64,000 nucleotides of DNA. It comes from Thermoplasmata archaeon (GTDB lineage: Archaea > Thermoplasmatota > E2 > DHVEG-1). Position 1 is the stretch's first letter; the number at the start of each line of letters is the position of its first letter. The stretch covers positions 19,048-83,047 of the forward strand of contig JAHWGK010000001.1 in the NCBI GenBank assembly GCA_020054495.1, read 5' to 3'. This document shows, one piece after another, positions 1-9,936 of this stretch. The notes below the pieces were generated by a model. That model was not told the origin of the DNA. It saw only the letters and a list, made by a program, of their open reading frames with translations, and ran no database searches. Position numbers and translations under genes: made by a program.

Positions 1-1
1 G

Positions 2-226
2 GCTATAAAATATAATGATTTTGTTGTTGCTCAAGGGAAATATTCACCATTGCCAAATGTGAAAAATATTTGTCCTGATGTATTAATGGAATCTAGTAGT
101 CACACTAAGAATAATATTGATGAGGCGAAACAAGTAATGGACAAATTAGGTGGCAAAGTTATTGTCACACCATATTACCCTATGATTTGTTCGACTGAGA
201 TTAAGAAAAAAATTCGAGAGGGGTAG
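2..226 (+). CDS. Partial (C-terminal) cytidylyltransferase-family protein, truncated by window edge
   Basis: Not in the ORF track. Frame 2 reads AIKYNDFVVAQGKYSPLPNVKNICPDVLMESSSH...GGKVIVTPYYPMICSTEIKKKIREG*, resembling the C-terminal half of TagD/RfaE-II-like nucleotidyltransferases (PD-x-L and S-T-x-I-K end motif). Confidence 0.65.
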   Translation, partial: AIKYNDFVVAQGKYSPLPNVKNICPDVLMESSSHTKNNIDEAKQVMDKLGGKVIVTPYYPMICSTEIKKKIREG

Positions 227-229
227 ATA

Positions 230-1462
230 ATGACGAAAATAAATTTACAATTTTGGAATTTGTGGACTACCTATGCAATTTATTACTTTGGAAAAGTAAA
301 TCTGAGTATAATAATACCAGCGTTATTGATAACATTTAAAGATCTCAACCTGTATAATTTTGGTCTTGTTTCATTGGGATTCATGTTTGCCTATGCTATT
401 GGGCAGTTTTTACATGGGCAAATTTCAGAGAGATTCAATCCATATGTCTATATAACAATGGGGTTATTGTTATCGGGAATAGCGAATCTATTTATGGGTT
501 TTGTTGGAAGCTTTTTTGTAATGTTATTAATGCTAGAAACCTTTGATGGATTCTTCCAATCAATGGGATGGTCTTCGGTTGTAAGAGCCAATGCCTTAAT
601 CCAAAAGAATGACAAAGAGAGAGATCGATCTTCAACAATACTGGGTTGTTCATACCAGATTGGGACCGCAGTAACATCACTCGTCTCAGCATTTGTTGTT
701 GCATGGTGGGGATGGCAGGCAGGTTTCTGGGTGGCCAGTATAATGCTAATAGGTAGAGGTGTAACTCTATACCTAACAAAACCAAAAGTAGACCATAAGC
801 CAAAGCAAACAGTAAAAAAACAAGTCAGAGGGACAATTACGTTTCCAATTGTTATGAGCGGGCTTTCCCTAATGGTACTCAATATGGTGCGATATGGAGT
901 TATGACTTGGTTGTTTGCATACTATATCCTTGAAGGAAGTCACACAATAGCAGAATTTGGCGAAGTCAGCATAAGTAGTTTCTTTGTGTTCATTCCACTT
1001 GCCGGAGTATGTGGAACACTTATCTACAATAAATTCCCTTGGAAAAAGGATATTACAAGTATTATATTCCTTTCACTGATGGGTGTATGTTGGTATATAT
1101 TCCCATTTGCAGATAGCTTTACAGGATCCTTACTTGTTCTAGCAAGTAGTGCGTTCCTCTATGGACCACACGTGTTCCTAGTTTGTACTATACCAACCAG
1201 ATTCAAAGAGAAGGACGTGGTAGCCTCATCAACAGGATTTATTGATGGAATGGGGTACATAGGAACAACAATAATAATGATGGTTGTTCCATATCTTGTG
1301 ATAGAAACACAAGGTAGTTGGAACAATGTCTTCATATTATGGTCATTGATCTCCTTTGCAGCAGCAGCCTTAGTTGCAATAACATACTTTGGGCACTTTA
1401 AAGATATTATTCTTCAGACAAATGAACAACCACTTAAAAAAAAAGAAGGTAAATCTCGTTAA
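230..1462 (+). CDS. MFS transporter, organophosphate:Pi antiporter (GlpT/UhpC)-like
   Basis: About 12 hydrophobic segments; YAIYYFGKVNLS, YAIGQFLHGQISERF, GFFQSMGW and TGFIDGMGYIG match OPA-family motifs. Confidence 0.8.
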   Translation: MTKINLQFWNLWTTYAIYYFGKVNLSIIIPALLITFKDLNLYNFGLVSLGFMFAYAIGQFLHGQISERFNPYVYITMGLLLSGIANLFMGFVGSFFVMLLMLETFDGFFQSMGWSSVVRANALIQKNDKERDRSSTILGCSYQIGTAVTSLVSAFVVAWWGWQAGFWVASIMLIGRGVTLYLTKPKVDHKPKQTVKKQVRGTITFPIVMSGLSLMVLNMVRYGVMTWLFAYYILEGSHTIAEFGEVSISSFFVFIPLAGVCGTLIYNKFPWKKDITSIIFLSLMGVCWYIFPFADSFTGSLLVLASSAFLYGPHVFLVCTIPTRFKEKDVVASSTGFIDGMGYIGTTIIMMVVPYLVIETQGSWNNVFILWSLISFAAAALVAITYFGHFKDIILQTNEQPLKKKEGKSR

Positions 1463-1486
1463 TCAGAATTCTTAATAGGGATAATA

Positions 1487-2224
1487 ATGAGCATCTTTGA
1501 ATGGGACACCAGAGCTGAAAAATATGACAACTTAGAGTGGACAAACAGAGAGCAATATATGGAAACATTCCTAAAAATGTGTGATTTAAAGTCTGATTTT
1601 AACGCGTGTGATATAGGTACAGGAACTGGAATAATTGCTCAAACATTGGCTCATTATTGCAAAAATGTTGATGCAATTGATTATTCAAAATCGATGCTTA
1701 ATATAGCAAAAAAGAAACGACGAATGGATAATATTAATTATAAACTTATGAATGCAGAAAAACTAGAATTTTCATCAAATTTATTTGATATAGTAACAGC
1801 TAGAATGTGTTTTCATCATATTGCACATCGAGATAAAGCAATAAATGAATGTATAAGAATTCTAAAACCTGGAAAAAAATTTGTTATTTCAGAAGGCATT
1901 CCACCTCCAGGAACCAGGAAGTTTTATACAGAAATGTTCAAGTTAAAAGAAAAAAGAAGAACGTATACTATAGATGATCTAGTAGAATTATTAGAAAACG
2001 GTGGATTAAAAAATCTCGTTATTGAAATACATAAAATGCCATGTGTAAGTATTAACAATTGGTTGGCAAACTCAGGTAAAGATAAAATCACTTGTAAAAA
2101 GATTTATGATATTCATTTAGACTGTGATGATTATGTCAAAAAAGCATATAACATGAAGGTATTAAATGGCGATATTTTCATGGATTGGTTAATTGCAATT
2201 GTTTGTGGCATAAAATCACATTAA
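1487..2224 (+). CDS. Class I SAM-dependent methyltransferase
   Basis: DIGTGTG motif I, IDYSKSML, FDIV..RMCFHH, RILKPG. Confidence 0.85.
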   Translation: MSIFEWDTRAEKYDNLEWTNREQYMETFLKMCDLKSDFNACDIGTGTGIIAQTLAHYCKNVDAIDYSKSMLNIAKKKRRMDNINYKLMNAEKLEFSSNLFDIVTARMCFHHIAHRDKAINECIRILKPGKKFVISEGIPPPGTRKFYTEMFKLKEKRRTYTIDDLVELLENGGLKNLVIEIHKMPCVSINNWLANSGKDKITCKKIYDIHLDCDDYVKKAYNMKVLNGDIFMDWLIAIVCGIKSH

Positions 2225-2289
2225 TCTCAAATAAAAACTTTTAAAACATTTTACTATCTAGCTTAATTAACTAAATTTGAGAGATTCAA

Positions 2290-2637
2290 ATGAGGGAAGA
2301 AGAAAAAGCTGTCGAAGCACTTCGGAACGTAAAACTTAGAAAGAGTGCTGTCCCTCTTTTCATAACAAAAACCTTAGTTAATATTAGTAATATATTGCCA
2401 AATTGGATGAATAAAAAAAATTTAAAAACATTATTAAAAATATATGAAAAAAAAGGTTGTAAGTTTGTTCATATTGCTATACCTAATCATTTCTTTACAA
2501 ATTTATCAACACTAGAATTTTATGGGGAAATTTCAAAGTTCCTAAAAAAACAGAAGAATATTTGGAATATAGATATGGCAAAGATTGGAGAATCCCCAAA
2601 AGAGATTATATATCTACCAAAGATGACCACTCAATAG
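2290..2637 (+). CDS. Hypothetical protein
   Basis: 115-aa ORF, co-oriented, fills the gap between genes; no recognisable motif. Confidence 0.45.
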   Translation: MREEEKAVEALRNVKLRKSAVPLFITKTLVNISNILPNWMNKKNLKTLLKIYEKKGCKFVHIAIPNHFFTNLSTLEFYGEISKFLKKQKNIWNIDMAKIGESPKEIIYLPKMTTQ

Positions 2638-2707
2638 TTAAAGATTAAAGACAAATTCAAATAACAGAAAACGCCAAGATGAATGGCTCGATCTGGAGGA
2701 AAATATA

Positions 2708-3877
2708 TTGAAAGAGATAGGCATACTAGAAGTTCATTGCCATGTTAAATTTCTTCATACGACAATGAAGATTTGCAAGACAAAAGATACAAATGTTACA
2801 GTATTCACAACAAAATATCTGTTTTCAAGACTAGAGAATTACTTAGAGAATAAAGAGGATTATAATGTTGTATTAAAAAAGGATAATGAAGGGTTGAATT
2901 CCTTCTTAAAACGAGTTGAAAAAATTTGTAATGAAAAAATTGATTTATTACTTATCAATACACTGCAGGTAAGCTGTTTCTACTTACCACGTTTTTTTGG
3001 ATTTCATCCAAGATCTAAAACAATCATGACGGTACATACTGCAAATGCCTGGCTTAAACCAAAACCAGTATTCAAGCTCAGAAAATTGATCAGAACTATA
3101 GATACAAATTTAAGTTCTTTTATAGTGAGTAAAATTATACTTCCAAGATTCGATGCGATAAATGTTATTTATCCACCAATTAAGGATTATATTTTGGAAG
3201 AAACAAATTATAATAAAAAAATATTTACTTTGCCTTTCAATTTTTTTGATGAAACTAGAGAAGTTGATAAAAAGGAAAACAAAAAAATACAATTCGTTAT
3301 ACCTGGACAGATAGAAGAGCATAGAAGAGAATACAAAGTAATAATTGATGCATTTGAAAAACTCTTTAACAATTTTAATGAAAAAATCGATCTATATCTT
3401 TTAGGATACCCTGTAGGAAATTATGGAAAACAAATTTTAAAAAGATGCAAAAGAATGAAAAAGAAAGGATATAATATATTTACCTTTGATACTTTTGTTC
3501 CAGAAGGAGAATATAATGAAATTATATTAAAGAGCGACTTTATTATTTCTCCAATTAAGATTAAAACTAGAGGCATGGGAGAAATACAGGAAATATATGG
3601 CGTGACAAAGGGAAGTGCTGTTGTATTTGAAGCAATTCAATATGCCAAACCCTTAGTCGTACCATATAAATTTAATATAATCAAGGAATTGAAAAGTTCT
3701 ACTTTAAAATATCACGATTCAAATGATCTAGCAAAAATACTAATTGAATTTATAGACGACAGAAAAAAATTACTGGATTTTAAAACTGCAGCTCTTAAAA
3801 ATTCAAAATGTTTCTCTTTAGACATTTTGCAGGAATACTTTGTTAAAGAGATATTAGATAAAGTAGATGAATTATAA
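2708..3877 (+). CDS. Putative GT-B glycosyltransferase
   Basis: GGAGG SD before TTG; C-terminal IPGQIEEHRREY...SDFIISP...FEAIQYAKPLVVP resembles GT4-like donor-binding domain; glycan locus context. Confidence 0.65.
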   Translation: MKEIGILEVHCHVKFLHTTMKICKTKDTNVTVFTTKYLFSRLENYLENKEDYNVVLKKDNEGLNSFLKRVEKICNEKIDLLLINTLQVSCFYLPRFFGFHPRSKTIMTVHTANAWLKPKPVFKLRKLIRTIDTNLSSFIVSKIILPRFDAINVIYPPIKDYILEETNYNKKIFTLPFNFFDETREVDKKENKKIQFVIPGQIEEHRREYKVIIDAFEKLFNNFNEKIDLYLLGYPVGNYGKQILKRCKRMKKKGYNIFTFDTFVPEGEYNEIILKSDFIISPIKIKTRGMGEIQEIYGVTKGSAVVFEAIQYAKPLVVPYKFNIIKELKSSTLKYHDSNDLAKILIEFIDDRKKLLDFKTAALKNSKCFSLDILQEYFVKEILDKVDEL

Positions 3878-3899
3878 TAAATCGTTGGAGGAAAAGTAA

Positions 3900-4838
3900 T
3901 TGTCAAATCTTGTCAAAACATTAACCAAACGTTCTTTAAAGATATTGAAAAAGGATGGTTTTAGAGGTTTAATAACATCGAGGAAGAATTATTATGAATC
4001 TTATCCTCCAATAAGACACCATTTTTATTATTGGCTATATTCAAAATTAAAATTAAAAAGAACTATAGTTCGCGAAATTCAAGGATCAAAAATGTTTCTA
4101 AATTTGGATGATTTTGGGCTTTCAAAATATCTCTTTTTAAACGGAATACGTGAACCAGAATGCACAAGAATTTTTAAACAACAGTTAAAAGAAGGAATGG
4201 TAATTGCTGATATTGGAGCAAATATCGGATATTACGCCCTGATGGAAGCAAATATAATTGGTGATAAAGGAAAGATTTATGCAATTGAACCATTTCCGTC
4301 GAACTATAATCTCTTATTAGAAAATATAAAACTCAATTCGTATGGTAACATAATTGAGCCATACAACTTAGCTATTAGTAATAAATCAGGCAAAGAAAAA
4401 CTCTATATTTCTGAAAGACACAACTGTTGCAATATGATGGAATCTAATAATTTAGATCATGTTGAAGTTCAAACAGAAACATTAGATAATTTTATGATTA
4501 ATAAACAACTTTTTGACTACATTAGGATGGATATTGAAGGATTTGAATATTATGTCCTAAATGGCATGAAAGAAACTTTAAAAAAATGCAAATGTAAGAT
4601 GTTTATAGAAGTTCATCCATATCAAATGTACGAGAAAGGATTAGATTATAAGAAACCCTTGAAAATGCTCTTTTCCCTTGGATTTCATCCAACATATATA
4701 ATAAAGGAACATGGTCCTTTGAAAGAGGAAGCATTTGAATATAAGAAACCAGTAGAATCATTCTTTTCATATCTAGAAGAATTAGAACTATCACCCCCAA
4801 AAAATACACATGGTTTTGGCTTATTTTTAGAAAAGTAA
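3900..4838 (+). CDS. FkbM family methyltransferase
   Basis: DIGANIGYY, YAIEPFP, TLDNF, IRMDIEGFE motifs. Confidence 0.9.
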   Translation: MSNLVKTLTKRSLKILKKDGFRGLITSRKNYYESYPPIRHHFYYWLYSKLKLKRTIVREIQGSKMFLNLDDFGLSKYLFLNGIREPECTRIFKQQLKEGMVIADIGANIGYYALMEANIIGDKGKIYAIEPFPSNYNLLLENIKLNSYGNIIEPYNLAISNKSGKEKLYISERHNCCNMMESNNLDHVEVQTETLDNFMINKQLFDYIRMDIEGFEYYVLNGMKETLKKCKCKMFIEVHPYQMYEKGLDYKKPLKMLFSLGFHPTYIIKEHGPLKEEAFEYKKPVESFFSYLEELELSPPKNTHGFGLFLEK

Positions 4839-4949
4839 TTTATCTACAGATTAACTTAATTTAGAGATAAGTAAAAATACTTAAGAAGAGTGCATTATTA
4901 CGAAAAAACCAGATTCATAATTAATTAGAGGAAATATGGAGATTATTTA

Positions 4950-6248
4950 ATGAAAATAAGTGTTTTTGCTTTAGGAAGAACAGGTTTACCTCTTTCTCTT
5001 ATCTGCGCAGACTGTGGATTTGATGTCATTGGAATAGATATCAATGACGAACTAGTTAATCAACTTAAAAATGGAAAACTTCCTTTTTATGAACCTGAAA
5101 TGAAAGAGTTACTTGATAAATATCTAAATAAAAGATTTATACCAATCAGTAAAGTGACTGAAGATGTAAAAAAATCTGAATATTTTATAATAGCAATTGG
5201 TACAAAATTTAATAGATATCCGGAAAAAGCATCTTTAACAAATCTGTATTCAGTAATAGACGAAATAAAAAACTCTGGAATAAAAAATAAAACCATTATT
5301 TTGCGTGTCACTCTTCCACTTGGAACAACTGATAAAATTAAACAAATACTTGAAAAAGATGGTTTTAAAGAAGGAAGAGATTTTTATCTAGCCTTTGTAC
5401 CAGAGAGGTTAATGGAGGGAAAAGCAATCAAAGAGGAAAGAAACCTTCCAAAAATTATTGGATGCTATAGTGATGAAAGCTTTGAAAAAGTTAAATACTT
5501 CTTTGAAAAAATAGGGGGAGAAATCGTTCGTGTTTCTAATCCTAAAACCGCTGAGTCTATAAAATTAATAGATAACTCGTGGAGAAACATGCGTTTTGCT
5601 TTTGCTAATGAAATAGCCCTTTTATCAGAGGCAAATGGAATAAATGCCATTGAAGCACTTAACGCAGCAAATAGAGGTTACGAAAGAAATAATATACCAT
5701 TTCCAGGTCCAGTTAGCGGTTATTGTCTAGGTAAAGATCCATATTTATTGGAAACTGCCTTTGATAAGGTTATCGTTAGAGGATTTAACTCTGTATGGTT
5801 TTATGCAAGGCGTGCAAATGACTGGCTAAGTAAAAAGATTGTAAAGGAAGCAAAAGGTAAAAACGTGCTAGTAGCTGGACTTTCATTTAAAAAAGATATA
5901 GATGACTATAGAAATAGTCATTCAATTGATATTGTGGATCTACTACTTGCAGAGGATTTTACAGTGATGGTAACAGATCCATATCTTGATAATGGGCCAT
6001 ATACCCGTTTACCTTTATATCTTGATAAGGCTGTTAAAAAAGTGAAATTAAAAGATGGATTAAAAAAAGTGGATACAATTATTTTTACTACAGCACACGA
6101 AGAGTATAAAAATTTAGATATCAAAGAGCTTTTAAGTAATGTAAAGAAGGGCGTAAAAATAGTAGATCTTTGGAACATATTTCAAGGGAAATTAGAAGAT
6201 TGTAAAGAAGTTATATATGTAGGGCTTGGCAGAGGAGATTTAAAATGA
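4950..6248 (+). CDS. Nucleotide-sugar 6-dehydrogenase (UDP-HexNAc/UDP-Glc dehydrogenase family)
   Basis: Rossmann ALGRTGLP, PERLMEG, AESIKLIDN, catalytic GYCLGKDP, GLSFKKDIDDYRNS. Confidence 0.9.
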   Translation: MKISVFALGRTGLPLSLICADCGFDVIGIDINDELVNQLKNGKLPFYEPEMKELLDKYLNKRFIPISKVTEDVKKSEYFIIAIGTKFNRYPEKASLTNLYSVIDEIKNSGIKNKTIILRVTLPLGTTDKIKQILEKDGFKEGRDFYLAFVPERLMEGKAIKEERNLPKIIGCYSDESFEKVKYFFEKIGGEIVRVSNPKTAESIKLIDNSWRNMRFAFANEIALLSEANGINAIEALNAANRGYERNNIPFPGPVSGYCLGKDPYLLETAFDKVIVRGFNSVWFYARRANDWLSKKIVKEAKGKNVLVAGLSFKKDIDDYRNSHSIDIVDLLLAEDFTVMVTDPYLDNGPYTRLPLYLDKAVKKVKLKDGLKKVDTIIFTTAHEEYKNLDIKELLSNVKKGVKIVDLWNIFQGKLEDCKEVIYVGLGRGDLK

Positions 6249-7198
6249 AAGTGGTTGTTACTGGTGCCGCTGGTTTCTTAGGTAGTTTTCTATCCGAAGA
6301 ACTTTTATCCAAGGAACATGAAGTAATAGGTATTGACAATTTCTTCCGAGGAAAAAAAGAGTATCTCCCAAAGCATATTAATTTTAAATTTCATGAAATA
6401 GATCTAGTTAAGCAGCCAAAAGATTTTTGTAAAATAATTGAAGAAGAAGAGCCTCAGTTATTATTTCATTATGCCGCCATTAATGGTACGAAATATTTCT
6501 ATGATATCCCTTATCAAGTAATCAATAACAATATTGTAATGACCCAAAATGTCCTCAATGCCTGTAAGAATTCAAAAGTAAAAAAAATAATTTATGCATC
6601 GAGCTCAGAAACTTACGGTGAACCTTTAGAAATTCCAACACCCGAAACTCATCCAATTTTATTAAATATTAATACAAATAGAGATAGTTATGCATCATCA
6701 AAAGCAATTTGTGATTTTTATGTTAAATTATTTGCTAAAGAAAACAATATCGATTTTCTAATTCTAAGGATCTTTAATACATATGGACCCCATATGGATA
6801 CATCTGAATATGGTCAAGTTATTCCAGAATTTATTAACAAAATGTTTAACGATGAAAAATTTACAATAATTGGTAATGGAGAACACACACGAAGTTTTTG
6901 TTACGTATCAGACCATACAAGGCTAGTAAGAAAACTTGCAGAGACTGTTTCAAATCAGGTTGTAAACATTGGGAATGACAAAGAAACGCGCATTATAGAT
7001 CTAGCAGAAATGATGCACAAAATGGAAAATAAAGAATTTAATCCAGAATTTTTACTAGAACGAGAATATGATCATAAAAGAAGATGCCCCGATATCTCAA
7101 AACTTAAAAAATTAATAAACGATTACCCAAAAGTAACTTTAGAAGAAGGATTAAAAAGGACAATTAAATGTTATAGCAAAAATATCCAGAGTTGCTAA
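6245..7198 (+). CDS. NAD-dependent epimerase/dehydratase, UDP-glucuronate decarboxylase-like
   Basis: TGAAGFLG, ASSSETYG, YASSK, RIFNTYGP, TRSFCYVSD, RRCPDI; ATGA overlap with upstream gene. Confidence 0.85.
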   Translation: MKVVVTGAAGFLGSFLSEELLSKEHEVIGIDNFFRGKKEYLPKHINFKFHEIDLVKQPKDFCKIIEEEEPQLLFHYAAINGTKYFYDIPYQVINNNIVMTQNVLNACKNSKVKKIIYASSSETYGEPLEIPTPETHPILLNINTNRDSYASSKAICDFYVKLFAKENNIDFLILRIFNTYGPHMDTSEYGQVIPEFINKMFNDEKFTIIGNGEHTRSFCYVSDHTRLVRKLAETVSNQVVNIGNDKETRIIDLAEMMHKMENKEFNPEFLLEREYDHKRRCPDISKLKKLINDYPKVTLEEGLKRTIKCYSKNIQSC

Positions 7199-7199
7199 A

Positions 7200-8852
7200 A
7201 TGACAACATATTTTACAAGTGCTAAACAGAAAAAAGTGCTTGATATTTCTAAAAAAATTCTCGAATTTCTTCATCTAAAACTTATAATTTATCAAATTTT
7301 TATAACTATTTTCCAAGAAATTGCATTAAAACGACTAAGAAAAATCGTTCAAAAGTCTAATGTTAATATTAAAAGCTCTACAGGAAAAAAAATTTTCTTG
7401 TACACTGTCGGAAGATATGGCATCCTGGGTTATACCGAAGCGGGAATTGCAAAATCTTTACAGATGCGAGGAAATAACGTAAAAATGCTAATATGTGGTG
7501 GTGCAATGAATATGTGTACTACCCATTTTACGATCACACAACCATTTAATCCTTGGATTTGCAAGAATTGCATTAGTTTTTCAAAAAAATTTTTTAAAAC
7601 AATAAATCTGCCCTTTTCTACATATAATGATTACTTAGAAAAAAAGGATATTGAAAATGCAGAAAAAAAAGTAAATGAATTGTCTGTAGAACAATGTGAA
7701 AAAATTGTATACAAAGATATAAGAGTTGGGTTTCATGCCAAAATCTCAGCTGAAAGATATTTCATGGGAGATATACCTCCAAAAAATAAGTATGAAAAAA
7801 TATTAAGATTAGAGTTGATAAATGCCATCATCTCAACAGACGTTGCTGAAAAAATTTATGAAAATGAAAAGCCAGACGTTTTTATTACATCTCAAGGAAT
7901 ATATAGCTCTTGGGGGGCCTTTACAGATTTTTTCACCAATAAAAAAATAAGAGTAAATATTTGGGCCAGTGGTGAAGGCGATACAATAACATTTGATAGA
8001 CATAAATCCCAAGAATATTACAGAGAGTATTATGAAGAAATAAGAAAAAAACAACAATTAAATCCTGAAGAAGAAAAGGAGATTGAAGAGTTCTTTAATA
8101 GAAGAACACATGGAAAAGAAGGTCAAGTGACTTACTATAATTTTGGAGAGATTACTAAAGAAGAACTGGAGGACAAATTCCAATTCAAAAAATACGATAA
8201 AACCTATGTAATTTTCCCTAATGTTCCCTGGGATGCAGCGGTACTTGCAGCGAATACAGCATTTACAGATGTATATGAATGGATCCTATGTACTATTGAG
8301 CTGTTTAAAGAAAAACAGAACTTACAGCTAATAATAAAAATACATCCATCAGAAATAAGATTCATGGAATCTAAAAGAACCCTACTTGATTATATAAAAA
8401 ATACATATCCTACACTTCCAGAAAATATAAAAATAATAACAGGTGACACTACAATAAGTCCATACTCCTTATTTCCATTTATAGATGTTGGAATAGTATA
8501 TGTTGGGACAATTGGATTAGAAATGGCAGTAAATAACATACCTGTAGTAGTTGCAGGTGACGCCCACTACAACAGAAAAGGTTTCACTTACGATGCTTTA
8601 ACTAAAGAAGAATATTCGAAAATCTTAAATAGAGACTTAGAACCAATATCAAATCAACAAAATTTAGCAAAAGTATATTCTTATTTCCATTTTATTAAAA
8701 AATTCATCCCAAAGTCATTTATCAAAGCAAATAGTTTTTTGGATATAAGGTGGAATATTGATTCGCTTGAAGGTTTTAATCCAGGTAAAGATAAATATCT
8801 CGATCATATTTGCAACTACATTGAAAACAACGGTGTTTTCCAAAATTGGTAA
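7200..8852 (+). CDS. Capsule-biosynthesis-family (KpsS/Capsule_synth-like) protein, candidate ulosonate transferase
   Basis: FPNVPWDAA, IKIHPSE (HP motif), GTIGLEMAVNNIPVVVAG...KGFT; directly upstream of pseB. Confidence 0.65.
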   Translation: MTTYFTSAKQKKVLDISKKILEFLHLKLIIYQIFITIFQEIALKRLRKIVQKSNVNIKSSTGKKIFLYTVGRYGILGYTEAGIAKSLQMRGNNVKMLICGGAMNMCTTHFTITQPFNPWICKNCISFSKKFFKTINLPFSTYNDYLEKKDIENAEKKVNELSVEQCEKIVYKDIRVGFHAKISAERYFMGDIPPKNKYEKILRLELINAIISTDVAEKIYENEKPDVFITSQGIYSSWGAFTDFFTNKKIRVNIWASGEGDTITFDRHKSQEYYREYYEEIRKKQQLNPEEEKEIEEFFNRRTHGKEGQVTYYNFGEITKEELEDKFQFKKYDKTYVIFPNVPWDAAVLAANTAFTDVYEWILCTIELFKEKQNLQLIIKIHPSEIRFMESKRTLLDYIKNTYPTLPENIKIITGDTTISPYSLFPFIDVGIVYVGTIGLEMAVNNIPVVVAGDAHYNRKGFTYDALTKEEYSKILNRDLEPISNQQNLAKVYSYFHFIKKFIPKSFIKANSFLDIRWNIDSLEGFNPGKDKYLDHICNYIENNGVFQNW

Positions 8853-8961
8853 ATTGGAATATCTTAAATTAATAAAAAAAATTAAAGGCAACAAAGTTTT
8901 TAAAAGAATTATTATACTTAACAATTACAAAAAGACAATCGTTCTTTAAGAGGGACTATAA

Positions 8962-9936
8962 ATGGACTTATTAAAAGATAAAGTAATATTACTAACAGGT
9001 GGAACAGGATCTTTTGGCAATAAATTTACTGATATAGTTTTAAAGGAACACAATCCTAATGCGATAAGGATTTTTTCAAGAGGAGAAAAAAAACAATTAG
9101 ATATGGCCAATAGATTCAAAGATGATAGATTAAGGTTTTTTATAGGAGATGTTAGAGATAAAGATAGACTACATCGAGCAATGAATGATGTTGATATAGT
9201 TGTTCATGCTGCTGCTTTAAAACAGGTCCCTGCTTGTGAATATAATCCTATTGAGGCAGTGAGAACAAATATAGATGGAGGCATCAATGTGATTGATGCT
9301 GCAATTGATAACGGAATAGAACGCGTAATAGCCATCAGTACCGACAAAGCAGTTCATCCAGTAAATTTGTATGGCGCAACTAAAATGACAGCTGAAAAAC
9401 TTTTCATTCAAGGTAATTCCTACGCGGGTAAAGCTAATACAATGTTTAGTTGTGTTAGATATGGAAACGTTATCGGTAGTCGAGGTAGCGTAATTCCCCT
9501 TTTCTTGGAACAAAAAAAGACAGGGGCAATTACAATAACACATGAAGAAATGACACGTTTTTGGATAAGACTTGAAGATGGAGTTAGATTTGTTACAAAA
9601 TGTGTTAATAGAATGAAAGGTGGCGAAATCTTTGTTCCAAAAATTCCAAGTATGAAAATTATTGACCTCGCGGATGCAATAGCACCCGGTGTAAAAAGAA
9701 AGATTATTGGAATTAGACCTGGAGAAAAAATCCATGAGATATTAATAACAGAAGATGAAGCTAAACATAGCAGGGAATTTAATGATAGTTTCGTCATAGA
9801 ACCTGAGCACCCATTCTGGGAAGAAGATAACTTGGCAGGAGGAAAACAACTTCCAGAGGGATTTAGATATACAAGTGCAAATAATGAAAAATGGATAACT
9901 AAAGGCGAAATAAAGAAAATTATTAAGGAATTATAA
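8962..9936 (+). CDS. pseB: UDP-N-acetylglucosamine 4,6-dehydratase (inverting)
   Basis: TGGTGSFG, HAAALKQVPACEYNP, STDKAVHPVNLYGATK, RYGNVIGSRGSVIP, IGIRPGEK. Confidence 0.93.
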   Translation: MDLLKDKVILLTGGTGSFGNKFTDIVLKEHNPNAIRIFSRGEKKQLDMANRFKDDRLRFFIGDVRDKDRLHRAMNDVDIVVHAAALKQVPACEYNPIEAVRTNIDGGINVIDAAIDNGIERVIAISTDKAVHPVNLYGATKMTAEKLFIQGNSYAGKANTMFSCVRYGNVIGSRGSVIPLFLEQKKTGAITITHEEMTRFWIRLEDGVRFVTKCVNRMKGGEIFVPKIPSMKIIDLADAIAPGVKRKIIGIRPGEKIHEILITEDEAKHSREFNDSFVIEPEHPFWEEDNLAGGKQLPEGFRYTSANNEKWITKGEIKKIIKEL

